Of a stretch of 64,000 bases of DNA, positions 25,644 through 37,843 are shown one piece after another. Location of the stretch: positions 91,016,001 through 91,080,000 of the forward strand of contig JAGIQG010000009.1 in NCBI GenBank assembly GCA_024679065.1, given 5' to 3'. The notes under the pieces were generated by a model. The model worked only from the letters and a program-made list of their open reading frames with translations, had not been told where the DNA came from and searched no databases. Each line of letters begins with the position of its first letter. The first letter of the stretch is position 1. The stretch comes from Sphyrna mokarran. Lineage: Eukaryota. Position numbers and translations under genes: made by a program.

Positions 25644-26394
25644 TTAGTATCTTTACATCATGGCTAGGGGTCTTCCACAGTGATCAGTGCTGGGACGTCC
25701 GTTGCTGTAGTATGTTATATAGAAATGATCTGGAGGAAAATGTGGGTGGTTTGATTAGTAAGTTTACAGATGACACGAAAATTGGCAGAGTGTTGATAGT
25801 GCTGAGGATTGTCAGAGGATACAACAGAATATAGATACATTGGAGACCTGAGCACAGAAATAGCAGATGGAGTTTAATCCAGACAAATATGAGGTGGCGA
25901 AACATAAAAGGTAGGAGCAGGAGGAGGTCATTCAGCCCTTCAAGCCTGCTCCACCATTCATCATGAGCATGGCTGATCATCTAACTCAGTAGCCTAATCC
26001 TGCTTCCTCCCCATAATCTCCCCACAATCTTGATTCTGTTAGCCCTAAGTGCTATATCTAGCCACCTCTAGACAGAGTGGATAGTCAGATGCTTTTTCCA
26101 ATGATGGAAGAGTCAATTATAAAGGGTCACAGGGTCAAGGTGAGAGGGGAAAAGTTTAAAAGAGATGTGTGGGCGAAGTTTTTCATGCAGAGAGTGCCTG
26201 GAATGCATTGCCAGACGATGTAACGGAAACAAGTATATTAGCTACAGGCATCTGGATGGGTATATGAATAGGGACAAAATAGAGGGATACAGACCGAGCA
26301 AGGCTTTTTTTTCCCCAGGGAATCAAGATCAGTACAGGCTTGGAAGGCTGAAGGGCCTGTTCCTGTGCTGCACTTTTCTTTGTTCTTTGTCCTA

Positions 26395-26616
26395 TCACTG
26401 TAGTCCCTCACTGTAGTCCCATGCATTGACTATGGCCAATCAACCTAACCTGCACACTTTTGGATTGTGCGAGGAAACAGAAGCACCCAGAGGAAATCCA
26501 CGCAGACATTGAGAGAATGTGTAAACACAGAAAGTCATCCAAGGCTGGAATTGTTCCTTGGGTTGTTGTGCTGTGAGGCAGTAATGCTAACCACTCTGTC
26601 ACCATACCGACCCTCT
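26395..26616 (-). mobile_element. HE1-type SINE
   Basis: Head and core motifs on the minus strand. Confidence 0.8.
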
Positions 26617-26687
26617 TGTGTTAAGTTACACAAGATTAAAAGTTGCGAAGTAAATGCAAGTTTTTTGACTTTGACATTCTGAATGAA

Positions 26688-26922
26688 CAAAGAACAAAGA
26701 ACAATACAGCATGGGAAACAGGCTCTTTGGCCCAACGAGCCCGCGCCACCATTTTAACATTATAAGTGCCCTCCTCTACCTATGACCTTTGTCTACACCT
26801 ACTGGGGAAGATTGAGGGAAGACTTATTTAGGGACAACTTGTTAGGCTGTTACCAATCAGCCTAACAGCATGTTTTTGGGGTGTGGGAGGAAGCCAGAGC
26901 ACCCTGACAAAACCCATGCAAT
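26688..26922 (-). mobile_element. 3' fragment of the SINE-containing CR1 UTR (B-like subfamily)
   Basis: Tail GGCGCGGGCTCGTTGGGCC..CTGTATTGTTCTTTG and TTAGGCTGATTGG, colinear with 45325-45601. Confidence 0.7.
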
Positions 26923-27343
26923 CCCACCCATCCAAAATGGTATTGTTTGATTGACACTTGTATTAGGTTGAAAACTGAGCAGTTTGTGCCCCAGAGTAGA
27001 TTTCAGAGTCTCTGCTTATGTTGCCAGTTTCAGGTGAATTTCAAAGATAAGACTGGCCTGTCTGTTGAACTTACTTGAATAGTGACATAGCAATAAAAAT
27101 CAGCTCAAAAATTCCTGAAATTAAACATGGAAAAGCGCCAAAACATGAAAACATATGTGGCTTGCTCAATGATGTGTTTCATTTTAAATGTCCAAGTCTC
27201 TCTCTTATTCATTCTTTTTGAATCAATTTCTATGGCACAGTCCCAGTTCCTCTTGCTTGTCACCATCTAAATTTCATTCAGCCTTCACTTGCTGCTTATC
27301 TTTTTCACATATACACACAATATGCACACATATAGTACCTTAC

Positions 27344-27622
27344 TCCACTGATAGAGCTTGGGCTCTGCCAAACTGCTGTGTTCAATTTGACAGGAGTATT
27401 GATCCTCATCCCCAGCATTTATTTCAATCTCTTTCTGGATCTGATGGGTTCCATCGTGGTTCGGTCAAATCCCTGAAGATAGCATCTCAGACATTACCTC
27501 TCCATTCTTTAGCCAGGTCACCTCGATGTCTACAGGATAAAAGCCAGTAACCAGGCAGGAGAGAGTGAGGGGCTTGTACTGACTAATGGGCTCACTTCTG
27601 GAGATGAAGACTTCAGGCTGAA
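27344..27622 (-). pseudogene. MHC class I alpha3 (IgC1) exon with a premature stop
   Basis: LSCLVTGFYPVDIEVTWLKNG..GI*PNHDGTHQ..YSCQIEHSSL..W; AG/GT boundaries; TGA at 27465-27467. Confidence 0.96.
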
Positions 27623-27739
27623 CTGTAATGGGAAAGGGTGAAAACACAAACAATAAACCCACACTGAATGGAATGGGAGAACGGTTTGATAAATCAGTGA
27701 AGTTAGATCAGAACATGGATTCAAAACTGAAATGAATAC

Positions 27740-28015
27740 CATTCCTTTTAAGACATTCCTTTCCAAAGCGTAAATGCAGTTTTAAACTTTCAATCAATTC
27801 TACTTCCAACTACTACTTCCAATACTTGTTCCAAGATTCATCCGAATTCCATTTTTCCATGGTCTTCATTGCCATGTGATTGGATGCAATCCATCTCATT
27901 TTGTCCGGCTCTAAACTAATATAGTCCTTTCCATCAAATCCAAACCGCATCAATCTTTTAATGGAGCCATCTTCAGTGACCTCAACAGTCCTTATCCATT
28001 GGAAAATATGAATTC
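27740..28015 (-). pseudogene. MHC class I alpha2 exon, lacking C101/C164, with two stops
   Basis: GIHIFQWIRTVEV..FGFDGKDYISL..AMKTMEKW..YWK**LEVELIESLKLHLRFGKECLKR; 276 nt; AG/GT boundaries. Confidence 0.95.
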
Positions 28016-28194
28016 CTGTCAAAGATCAGCAGAGAATCAAAGATCAGCTATTAATAGGGCAGCACAGAAACACAGAGAATTACCCATGCTAAATTGCCCC
28101 TTAAGATAAATCTCTGTGTTGGTCCCGTATTATAGTAATACATCTCACTCTGGGTTCAGTCCGAGAGATATAAATCTATCAGCTCAGTATATTA

Positions 28195-29392
28195 TTCACT
28201 TATTTATGTGATGTGGGTGTCACTGGCTCGGTCAGCATTTATTGCTCATCAGAAGGCAGCGGTAAGCTGCCTTCTTGAACCACTGCAGTTAGGGAGAGAA
28301 TTCCAGGAATTTGTCCCAGCTACAGTTAAGAAATGGCAATATATCAGGATGGTGATAAATTTGAAGGGGAACCTCCAGGTGGTGGTGTTTGCTGCTCTTG
28401 TCCTTCTACATGGTAGTGGTCATGGGTTTGGAATATGTTGGTTCAGGATCGTTGGTGAGTCCTTATAGTGCATCTTGTAGATTGTGCACACTGCTGTCAC
28501 TGTTCATTGGTGATGAAGAAATTGAATGTTTGTGAAGAGGTAGCAATCAATTGAGCAGCATTTTCCTGGATGGTGTTGAAGTTGCACTCATCCAGGCAAG
28601 TGGAGAGTATTCCATTATATTCCTGTCTTCTGCCTTGAGGTTGGTGGACAGGCTTTGGGGAGTAAAAGGGTGAGTTATTTGCTGCAGAAGTCCTATCCTC
28701 TAACCTGCTCTAGTAGTCACAGTATTTATAGTGCTAGTCCCGTTCTATCAATGGTAACTCCCAGGATGTGGATAGTGGAGGATTCAGCATTATTAACATC
28801 AAATGTTAATGGTTAGACCCTCTCTTGCTGAAGTTGGGCATTGCCTGGCACTTGTCATAGAATCCTTACACAGTACAGGACGAAGCTATTCTGCTCATTG
28901 ATTTTGCATTGACTCTCCAGTAGACCATTTACCCAAGATCCCCCTCATCCTATTCCTACAACCTCATATATTTACTCCACCAATCCCCTAACCTATATAT
29001 CTCTGGACACTAAGGGAATTTAGCATGGTTCCATTCCCTTAGCATGGCCAATCCATCTAACCTGCACATCTTTAGACTGTAGGAGGAACTGGTAATACAG
29101 AAGGAACCCATACAGACACAGGAAGAATGTGCAATCTCCACACAGACAGTCACCCAAGGCTGGAATTGAACACTGAGGCAGCAGTGTTAACCACTGCGAC
29201 ATCATGACACCCATTTATGTTTCTTGCCGCTTGTCAACCCAACCTGGTATATTGTTCAGATCTTGCTGCATTTGGATATGAACTGCTTCTGCGTCTAAGC
29301 AGTCATGAATGATGCTGAACATTGTGCAGTCATCAGTGAATGAAGCAAGGTCATTAATAAAGCAGCTGAAGATGGTTGGGTCTTGAACACTA
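28195..29392 (-). mobile_element. 3' part of the second LINE family, interrupted by an HE1 SINE (about 28855-29214)
   Basis: PTIFSCFINDL..FTDDCTMF matches 1335-1520; tail GCAATAAATGCTG..CCCACATC. Confidence 0.78.
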
Positions 29393-29511
29393 CAGATTCT
29401 GTGACCTCGCCACGCTGTTAGTAGTCGCACTGGTACTGCAGACCAGCATGTGGGATTAAAAATCCGTTTCACACTTGGCACTAAACAGTTGGTGAGTCCT
29501 CTGACCCCTTC

Positions 29512-31157
29512 AAAGAACAAAGAACAAAAACAGCACGGGAAACAGGCCCAACGAGCCCACACCGCCACCCCGATGTTCCCACTTCTACCCGCAATCCCTG
29601 TTCATGTTTATAGATCTATGGATTAAAAACCAAATTTGAGACAATTTAGGGAGAATTTGTTTTGCCAATTAGCCTTAGAGCACATCTTTGGGATGTGGGA
29701 GGAAACTGGAGCTCCCGGAGAAAACCCACGCAAGCACGGGGAGAATGCGCAAACTTCCACAGACACAGGCCCAAATCCATGTATCTGCACAGCACAGTGA
29801 TAATCACTGAGCTGTCGTGTTGCCCATTAGATGGTCCAGGTCAAACATACACTAACAACGTGAAGCAGTAGGATACTCTCGAAAAAGATCCAAGAGCAGT
29901 CTTCTCACGACCCATCGCATGTATGCCCCTCGTTAGACAACAAGGTGGACCAAAGCACCTGTAGGATAAAAACAAGTACATCAATATCATCATCTATTTA
30001 CACACTTCCCAGGGACTCCCAAGGCTCATGATCCCTATTTTAAATCAGTTTCTATACCCCTCCATTCCCATTCTGTTCATGTGCCCATCTAAGTATTTCT
30101 TAAATAACTCCAGAGTACCTGCCTCCACCACTTTACTTGGCAGTGCATTCCATACCCCACCACCCTCTGTGTGAAAAAACTCCCTCTAGCATCCAAATTA
30201 TACCTTACCCTCCTCACCCTAAGCCCATGACCCCTCGTGCTATTTGAGTCCATCCTAGGAAAAAGCTTAACCCTGTTTACTCTATCTATCCCCTTCAAAA
30301 TCTTGTACGCCTCTATCAGATCTCTTCTAAGTCTACGTATTTCTAAGGAAAACAGTCCCAATTTGCCTAACCTCTCCTCGTAACTCAGACCTTCCATACC
30401 AGGCAGCATCCTGGTAAACCTCCTCTGCACTCTTTCCAGAGTCTCCACGTCCTCTAGTAAGGCGACCAGAAATGGATGCAATATTCCAAATGAGGTCTAA
30501 CCAGCGTTTTATACAACTGCAACATTAAAGGTCAGCTCTTGTACTCTATACCCCTTCCTATAAAGGCTAACATACTATATGCTTTCTTCACAACCTTCTC
30601 CACTTGCTCTGCCACCTTCAGATACTTGTTCACCTGTACCCCCAGGTCCCTCTGCATTTCTATACTCTTAATAGGTCTACCCTTTATCATATACCTCCCC
30701 ACTACATTCTTTCTCCCAAAATGCATCACCTCACATTTATCAGGATTGAATTCCGTCTGCCATATGTCTGCCCAAGCTACCAGCCTATCTATGTCCTGCT
30801 GCATCGCCTGACAATGCTCCTCACTATCTGCAAGTCCAGCCATCTTTGTATCATTGGCAAACTTGCTGATCACTCCACTTACTCCCTCTTCCAAGTCATT
30901 TATATATATTACAAATAGAAGAGGTCCCAGTACCGAGCCCTGCGGCACACCACTAGTGACCGACCTCCAGCTAGAGAAACAGCCTTCCACTATTACTCTC
31001 TGTCTCCTATTACCAAGCCAGTTACTTATTCATCTAGCTACCTGTCCTTGTATCCCATTTGCCTTGACCTTCTCGACTAACCTCCCATGAGGGACTTTGT
31101 CAAACACCTTACTAAAATCCAAATAGACAACATCAACGGCTCGCCCTTTGTCCACTG
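29512..31157 (-). mobile_element. CR1 subfamily A, 5'-truncated, with SINE-containing 3' UTR
   Basis: ORFs 30532-30990 and 30089-30481; UTR colinear with 18440-18955. Confidence 0.95.
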
Positions 31158-33761
31158 GAGTAACATTTTTAAAGTAGCATTTAAACATACATTGCCGTGC
31201 ATCCAATGTACAGAATTCACTGGCCTTTGGGTGCAGTGCGATAATGGCAGCAATACTACTCACTCCACTGTCAGAGACCTGCTGTGATGGTCACACCGGG
31301 GAACTCAGAGGCCACTGAAACCCCCAAATAGTTAGGGGCATGATCAGATGGTGCCCATTGAGCAACGTCCACTAGGTGGAGCCCACCTGGCAATGGTAGC
31401 AGTGTCTGGCAGTGGCCACTGGGTGGCCGTTTATTTATTTATTAGTGTCACAAGTAGGTTAACATTAACACTGCAATGAAGTTACTATGAAAATCCCCCA
31501 GTTGCCACACTCAGAGTCTGAATGAGTACATTGAGGGAAAATTTAACATGGTCAATTCATCTAACCAGCCTGCCTTTTGTACTGTGGGAGGAAACCAGAA
31601 CATTCAGAGGAAACCCACACAGAGGCAGGGAGAACATACAGACTCTGCACAGTGACTCATGCTGGGAATTGAACACAGGTATTTGAGCTGGGAAGCAGCA
31701 GTTCTAACCACTGTGCTGTGTGTCAGGTGGAGCTATCAAGGGCACCTCCGGCGATGGGTACTAACAGACACCGCCTGGCCACATGGGTCAATCCACAGCA
31801 CATGGACTGCAGCGATTTAAGAAAGTGGCTCACCTCCAGCTTCTCAAGGATGGGCTATAAATGCTGGCTTAGCCAGCGATGCCCACGTCCCATGAATGAA
31901 TAAAAAAACTGTCTGGGCTTTAATGGCCCGAGCCACCCCAATGCCTAGTGTTGATGTGAAACTTACAGTTCTCCAAAAAAGTGCCTGAGTGTGGGAGGAT
32001 TATAATGCGGAGCACGGTTGAGAGACACAAGCCATGATCTTACGAAAAATATTCTAAGTGCCAAAAGAGCGAGAAAACAGGTGAGTATCAGATCTGTTTT
32101 TTGGCTGAACTGGAAAGTGCAATCTTATGTTGCTGTCACTTTTCTAGACAGGAGTGCGATTCTCACCAGTGGCTGCGAGGAGCTTAAGCTTGCTGGATCT
32201 AGACTGATTGGGGCGTAATTGTGCAGGCACCTTGTTCTTCCTGTGAACTGGGAGACCTCTTTGTAATTCCCCAAACAGCACTTTAGCCCCTGGACAGCTC
32301 CACCACCCCCCACCCCCCAACCCATAGACATTCCCTCTCCATTATCGGTGACATTGTAACCTCCCTCACCCACATGGCAACATGGGTCGTTGGCACTGGG
32401 ACCCTCCTGATGAGTCCTCCATCAAGACTCCTCTCTGCCGCTTTCCCAGTATGTGCCCCACTTAGGCCCCATTTCTTGTCACCACCATGGTGCAGTTGTG
32501 GTGCCCAGTGGGCAGTTCTAAGGTGGCCAGTGGGCACTGCTAAACTGATACTGCTCCATTGACAGTGTCTGGCCAAGCCTTGAATCATTTGTGGGCTTCA
32601 ATGGCTTCTGATCCCATCGGTGAGGCCATCATATCTGGTCTGTACTGATGAAAAGCTTATCGCAAGAGGGTAAGTTCAAGTGAGCCCATGAAAAACGTCA
32701 TTAATATTTAAATCAGCTTTGCAGTTAAAACAGTGCTTGTATAATTCTAGGAGGTTGAAATCTACACGCAAACCAGATTTTTGGCCTCTCATGTAATCTT
32801 ACTGGTCGGGGCAAGCCATTAAGGTTGCGCCTTTACAAATATTTTGGGAGAATTCTGCCCCATATCTCAAGTGTGGATTCAGTAATACATAATTAGATCT
32901 CCCTGCAGGATCCATTTTGTAGTAACAGATTCTTCTTTTTTTTGGTTAACTCATAATGGCATCCATTAATGTAAAACTGAGCAAATGTTTGGTGTTGAAG
33001 GAAGTTTATAAGCTTATGAACAAGGAGATGGAATGGGCGATTCAGTCCCTTGAGCCTACCTAGCATTTAATATCAAGCTGATCTGATTGTCACCTCGCAT
33101 CTGCATCCCACCTCTCCTTGATAACCCCATCACATCCTTGCTTAACAAGAATCTTTTCATCTTCGTCCCAAAGACTCACGAAACTGAGAGAAAAAATTCA
33201 TCTCAGTTCCATTTTAAATGGGAGACCATTACTTTTAAACAGTTTTCCTCTGGTTCTAGATTCTTCAACAAGAGGAAGCATTCTTTCCACATCCACTCTC
33301 TGAGAAGACCCCTAAGGGAAACTTATGTGTTTCAATCAGATCACCTCATATTCTTCTAAATTTTAAATTAAAGAATTTATTTTCAGTGAATAACTCCATT
33401 CTGTGGAAAAAGGTTTCTTTTCAGAACCTGTCTTTTATGTCCCAATCTTGATGATCTAGAAGAGAAGGGAATATACCTGTTATATATTTGGATAGATGTT
33501 GTGTTGCTGTGCTGCCACCTTAAAAATCTAGCCATGGGTGTAATTTGTGATGTTAACGGCTGTTTTCCGGACTTTGAGCCAGGCTAGATCAAGCCTCCAT
33601 ACAGTGAACCTCAATATACCTGCCTTGTTGACTGCAATCAAGCATGTACTCCACTTTCTTTTATCCTCACAATTACAAGATATACAAGAAGATAAAAACA
33701 AAATTGGTGATGAGGAGCAGTTTAAAAATTTTCTTCTAACAAAAAGAAGAAAAGAAAAATC

Positions 33762-34846
33762 AGAAGAAAGCATATGGTATGTTAGCCTTTATAGGAAGGG
33801 GTATAGAGTACAAGAGCTGGCCTTTAATGTTGCAGTTGTATAAAACATTGGTTAGACCTCATTTGGAATACTGCATCCAGTTCTGGTCACCTTACTACTG
33901 GAAAGACGTGGAGACTCTGGAGAGAGTGCAGAGGAGATTTACTAGGATGCTGCCTGGTGTGGAAGGTCTGAGTTACGAGGAGAGGTTAGGCAGATTGGAG
34001 CTGTTTTCTTTAGAAAGACGTAGACTTGGAGGCGATCTAATAGAGGTGTACAAGATTATGAGGGGTATAGATAGAATAAACAGGGTTAAGCTTTTTCCTA
34101 GGATGGACTCAAATAGCATGAGGGGTCACGGGCTTAGGGTGAGGGGGGGTGGTAAGGTATAATTTGGATGCTAGAGGGAGTTTTTTCACACAGAGGGTGT
34201 GGGGGTATGGAATGCACTGCCAAGTAAAGTGGTGGAGGCAGGCACTCTGGAGTTATTTAAGAGATACTTAGATGGGCACATGAACAGAATGGGAATAGAG
34301 GGATATAGAAAACTGATTTAAAACAGGGATCATGAGCCTTGGGACTCCCTGGGAACTATGTAAATAGTCAATGATATTGATGTATTTGTTTTTATCCCAC
34401 AAGTACTTTGGTCCGCCTTGTTGTCTAACAAGGGGCATACACACGATGGGTCATGAGAGGGCTGCTCTTGGATTTTTTTTACGAGAGTATCCTAGTGCTT
34501 CACGTCGTTAGTGTATGCTTTACCTGGACCATTTGATGGGCAACACGACAGCTCAGTGACTATCGCTGTGCTGTGCAGACAAATGGATTTGGGCCTGTGT
34601 CTGCGCATTCTCTCTGTGCTTGCGTGGGTTTTTTCCGGGTGCTCCGGTTTCCTCCCACATCCCAAAGATGTGCTGTTAGGCTGATTGGTAAAAGAAATTC
34701 TCCCTAAATTGTTTCAAATTTGGTTTCAATCCATAGATCTATAAACATAGACAGGGATCACGGTAGAAGTGGGAACATTGAGGTGGCGGCGCGGGCTCAT
34801 TGGGCCAAAAGGCCTGTTTCCTGTGCTGTTTTGTTCTTTGTTCTTT
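33762..34846 (+). mobile_element. CR1 subfamily A 3' fragment with SINE-containing 3' UTR
   Basis: ORF 33779-34162; UTR colinear with the other A copies. Confidence 0.95.
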
Positions 34847-34894
34847 TACTTGTTGAAGGATTGATCCTCTTTCAATGTTTCTGATAATTGAAAT

Positions 34895-35246
34895 AGAATT
34901 CGCAGCAGGTAAATGCATCTAACATTGGACCAGTAAGGTAGTGGAGCATAAAGAAAGGTTTCTACCAAAAAGCAAAATACGAGCAATCTGAGGAGGTCAG
35001 GATTCAGAGCTTGCAAAGTGCATAGTTTAAGTAAAGCATGGAGGTACAGTGAAAAACAAATATTATAAAAGCAGAATTAGCAGCAGGTAAGTGATTGCGT
35101 CTGACATTGGACCAGTAAGGTAGTGGAGCATAAAGAAAGGTCCCTACCAAAAAGCAAAATATGAGCAATCTGAGGAGGTCAGGATGTGGAGCTTGTAAAA
35201 TGCATAGTTTAAATAAAGCATGGAAGTAGAGTGAAAAACAGATATT
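34895..35246. repeat. Two-unit ~178-bp tandem duplication in the Gypsy leader
   Basis: ACATTGGACCAGTAAGGTAGTGGAGCATAAAGAAAGGT occurs at 34922 and 35104 with colinear flanks. Confidence 0.9.
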
Positions 35247-36395
35247 CCTGGAATTGCATTAAAATCTAGAGCTAGCTGTTGAAAAATAAAACTAGGCTAT
35301 TTATTATCAAGACAAGCTCCTGGAAAACATTGCTGCCTGAATCTTAGTAAACCAGTAAGAATGGCAGGAAAGTTTGGTGCCAATAACTCATTCAAGGAAG
35401 AATCTAAGAATTGGAGATCTTATGTAGAAAGATTTCAATGCTATATATTGGCAAATAAGATTCCAGAGTGTAGAAAAGCTTTCAATTTATTCCAAAGTCT
35501 GGTCCAGCTTGAGAAACCAGGTAGCAACATGTATTAAGAAGTAACTAAGATACTGCAGGACTATTATTCACCTGAACTATTAACTACGGCATAAATGAAT
35601 TCAGCTAGAAGGAGAGAAGATATCTCAATTTGCAGCAATCCTAAAATGCCTTGCTGTGCAATTCGCAAGACTTTGTGCACATCTTTCAGATGCAAGAGTA
35701 CTGAGTGTAATAGGAACCTGCAGCACTAACAAGATCTGAGATCAGTGCTGAGACCCAGGTATCTGAGTCATGCTGCAAATTGGATATTGGAAACCCTGCT
35801 GAGCAACAGTCACCCACCCTCCTCCAAACCCCTCACACTTGTAGAGTTGCCACCGACCCAAAAAACATAATGGAGCCATGAAAGGACACATGGAGCCATC
35901 AGACGCTAGGCACTTACCTCCTCACCAACCCTCACTCTTGAAGTGTCTGAATTGGACTTTTATGGAGTTTTTGGACTTTTATTGTTTCATGCCAATTCCA
36001 GATTGGTGAACACATAGTAAAGGAAAGCATGCAGATAAAAGTTGGGTGTGCAGCCCATTAAGCAGATTGCAATGCATGCAAATATGTTAAAATGGCCATC
36101 GTGCCCATTTTTGGAGGATTCACAAAAGGCCATTTTTGAACCTTGGTAAACCAAGCTAAGGTGGCCACGAATTGCGCTACTCACCTCACATCCGACTTTA
36201 GCAAGCTTTCGTGCCTGGAAACAGGAGCAACATGATGGCAACATTGCCCCCAGTTTCTCAATATCCACTTACCAAAAGCTTTCATTTTTAAAGATGTGAA
36301 GCAGTATTAGGATTACGAGGGGAGGGAGGGGGAGAAGGCCTGGGTAAGATACTCTATCTGAGAGTCGATGCAGACTCAACGGAACAAATGGCCTC

Positions 36396-37843
36396 AAAGA
36401 ACAAAAAACAAAGAACAAAACAGCATGGGAAACAGGCCCTTCAGCCCAATGAGTCCGCGCCGCCACCCTGATGTTCCCACTTCTACCCATGATTCCTGTC
36501 TATGTTTATAGATCTATGGATTAAAAACCAAATTTGAGACAATTTAGGGAGAATTTCTTTTGCCAATTAGCCTAAGAGCACATCTTTGGGATGTGGGAGG
36601 AAACTGGAGCGCCCGGAGAAAACCCACCAGGTAGCAACATGTATTAAGAAGTAACTAAGATACTGCAGGACTATTATTCACCTGAACTATTAACTACGGC
36701 ATAAATGAATTCAGCTAGAAGGAGAGAAGATATCTCAATTTGCAGCAATCCTAAAATGCCTTGCTGTGCAATTCGCAAGACTTTGTGCACATCTTTCAGA
36801 TGCAAGAGTACTGAGTGTAATAGGAACCTGCAGCACTAACAAGATCTGAGATCAGTGCTGAGACCCAGGTATCTGAGTCATGCTGCAAATTGGATATTGG
36901 AAACCCTGCTGAGCAACAGTCACCCACCCTCCTCCAAACCCCTCACACTTGTAGAGTTGCCACCGACCCAAAAAACATAATGGAGCCATGAAAGGACACA
37001 TGGAGCCATCAGACGCTAGGCACTTACCTCCTCACCAACCCTCACTCTTGAAGTGTCTGAATTGGACTTTTATGGAGTTTTTGGACTTTTATTGTTTCAT
37101 GCCAATTCCAGATTGGTGAACACATAGTAAAAAAAAACGGGGAGAATGCGCAAACTCCCACATACACAGGCCCAAATCCATGTATCTGCACAGCACAGCG
37201 ATAGTCACTGAGCTGTCGTGTTGCCCATCAAATGGTCCAGGTCAAGCATACACTAACAATGTGAAGCACTAGGATACTCTCAAAAAAGATCCAAGAGCAG
37301 TCCTCTCACAACCCATCACGTGTATGCCCCTCATTAGACAACAAGGTGGACCAAAGCACCTGTAGGATAAAAACAAGTACATCAATATCATCTATTTACA
37401 CACTTCCCAGGGACTCCAAAGGCTCATGATCCCTATTTTAAATCAGTTTTCTATACCCCTCCATTACCATTCTGTTCATGTGCCCATCTAAGTATTTCTT
37501 AAATAACTCCAGAGTACCTGCCTCCACCACTTTACTTGGCAGCGCATTCCATACCCCACCACCCTCTGTGTGAAAAAACTCCCTCTAGCATCCAAATTAT
37601 ACCTTACCCCCTCACCCTAAGCCCGTGACCCCTCGTGCTATTTGAGTCCATCCTAGGAAAAAGCTTAACCCTGTTTACTCTATCTATCCCCTTCATAATC
37701 TTGTACACCTCTATCAGATCTCCTCTAAGTCTACGTCTTTCTAAGAAAAACAGTCCCAATTTGCCTAATTTCTCCTCGTAACTCAGACCTTCCATACCAT
37801 GCATCATCCTGGTAAACCTCCTCTGCACTCTCTCCAGGGTCTC
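36396..37843 (-). mobile_element. CR1 subfamily A 3' fragment; UTR interrupted by a 506-bp duplication
   Basis: ORF 37604-37828; UTR pieces 36396-36627 and 37138-37440. Confidence 0.93.
36626..37131 (+). repeat. Apparently identical direct copy of 35516-36021
   Basis: No mismatch seen by eye; offset 1110 bp; followed by an A-run. Confidence 0.95.

Larger units (their letters stand above)
22862..26390 (+). mobile_element. Decayed CR1 ORF2 (endonuclease to tail) with several internal insertions
   Basis: LECVCYNAR (22931), PTRERAILALVLGNE, KSPGLDGIY and QHGFV; CR1 tail at about 26335-26390. Confidence 0.92.
33478..35660 (+). mobile_element. Gypsy LTR-retrotransposon relic (LTR-like block, PBS-like TGGTGATGAGG at 33705, leader, gag 35361-35657)
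   Basis: MAGKFG..WRSYVERFQCYILANKI..FNLFQSLVQLEKP..ILQDYYSP..EKISQFAAILKCLA resembles Gypsy gag N-terminus; interrupted by CR1-A. Confidence 0.7.
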
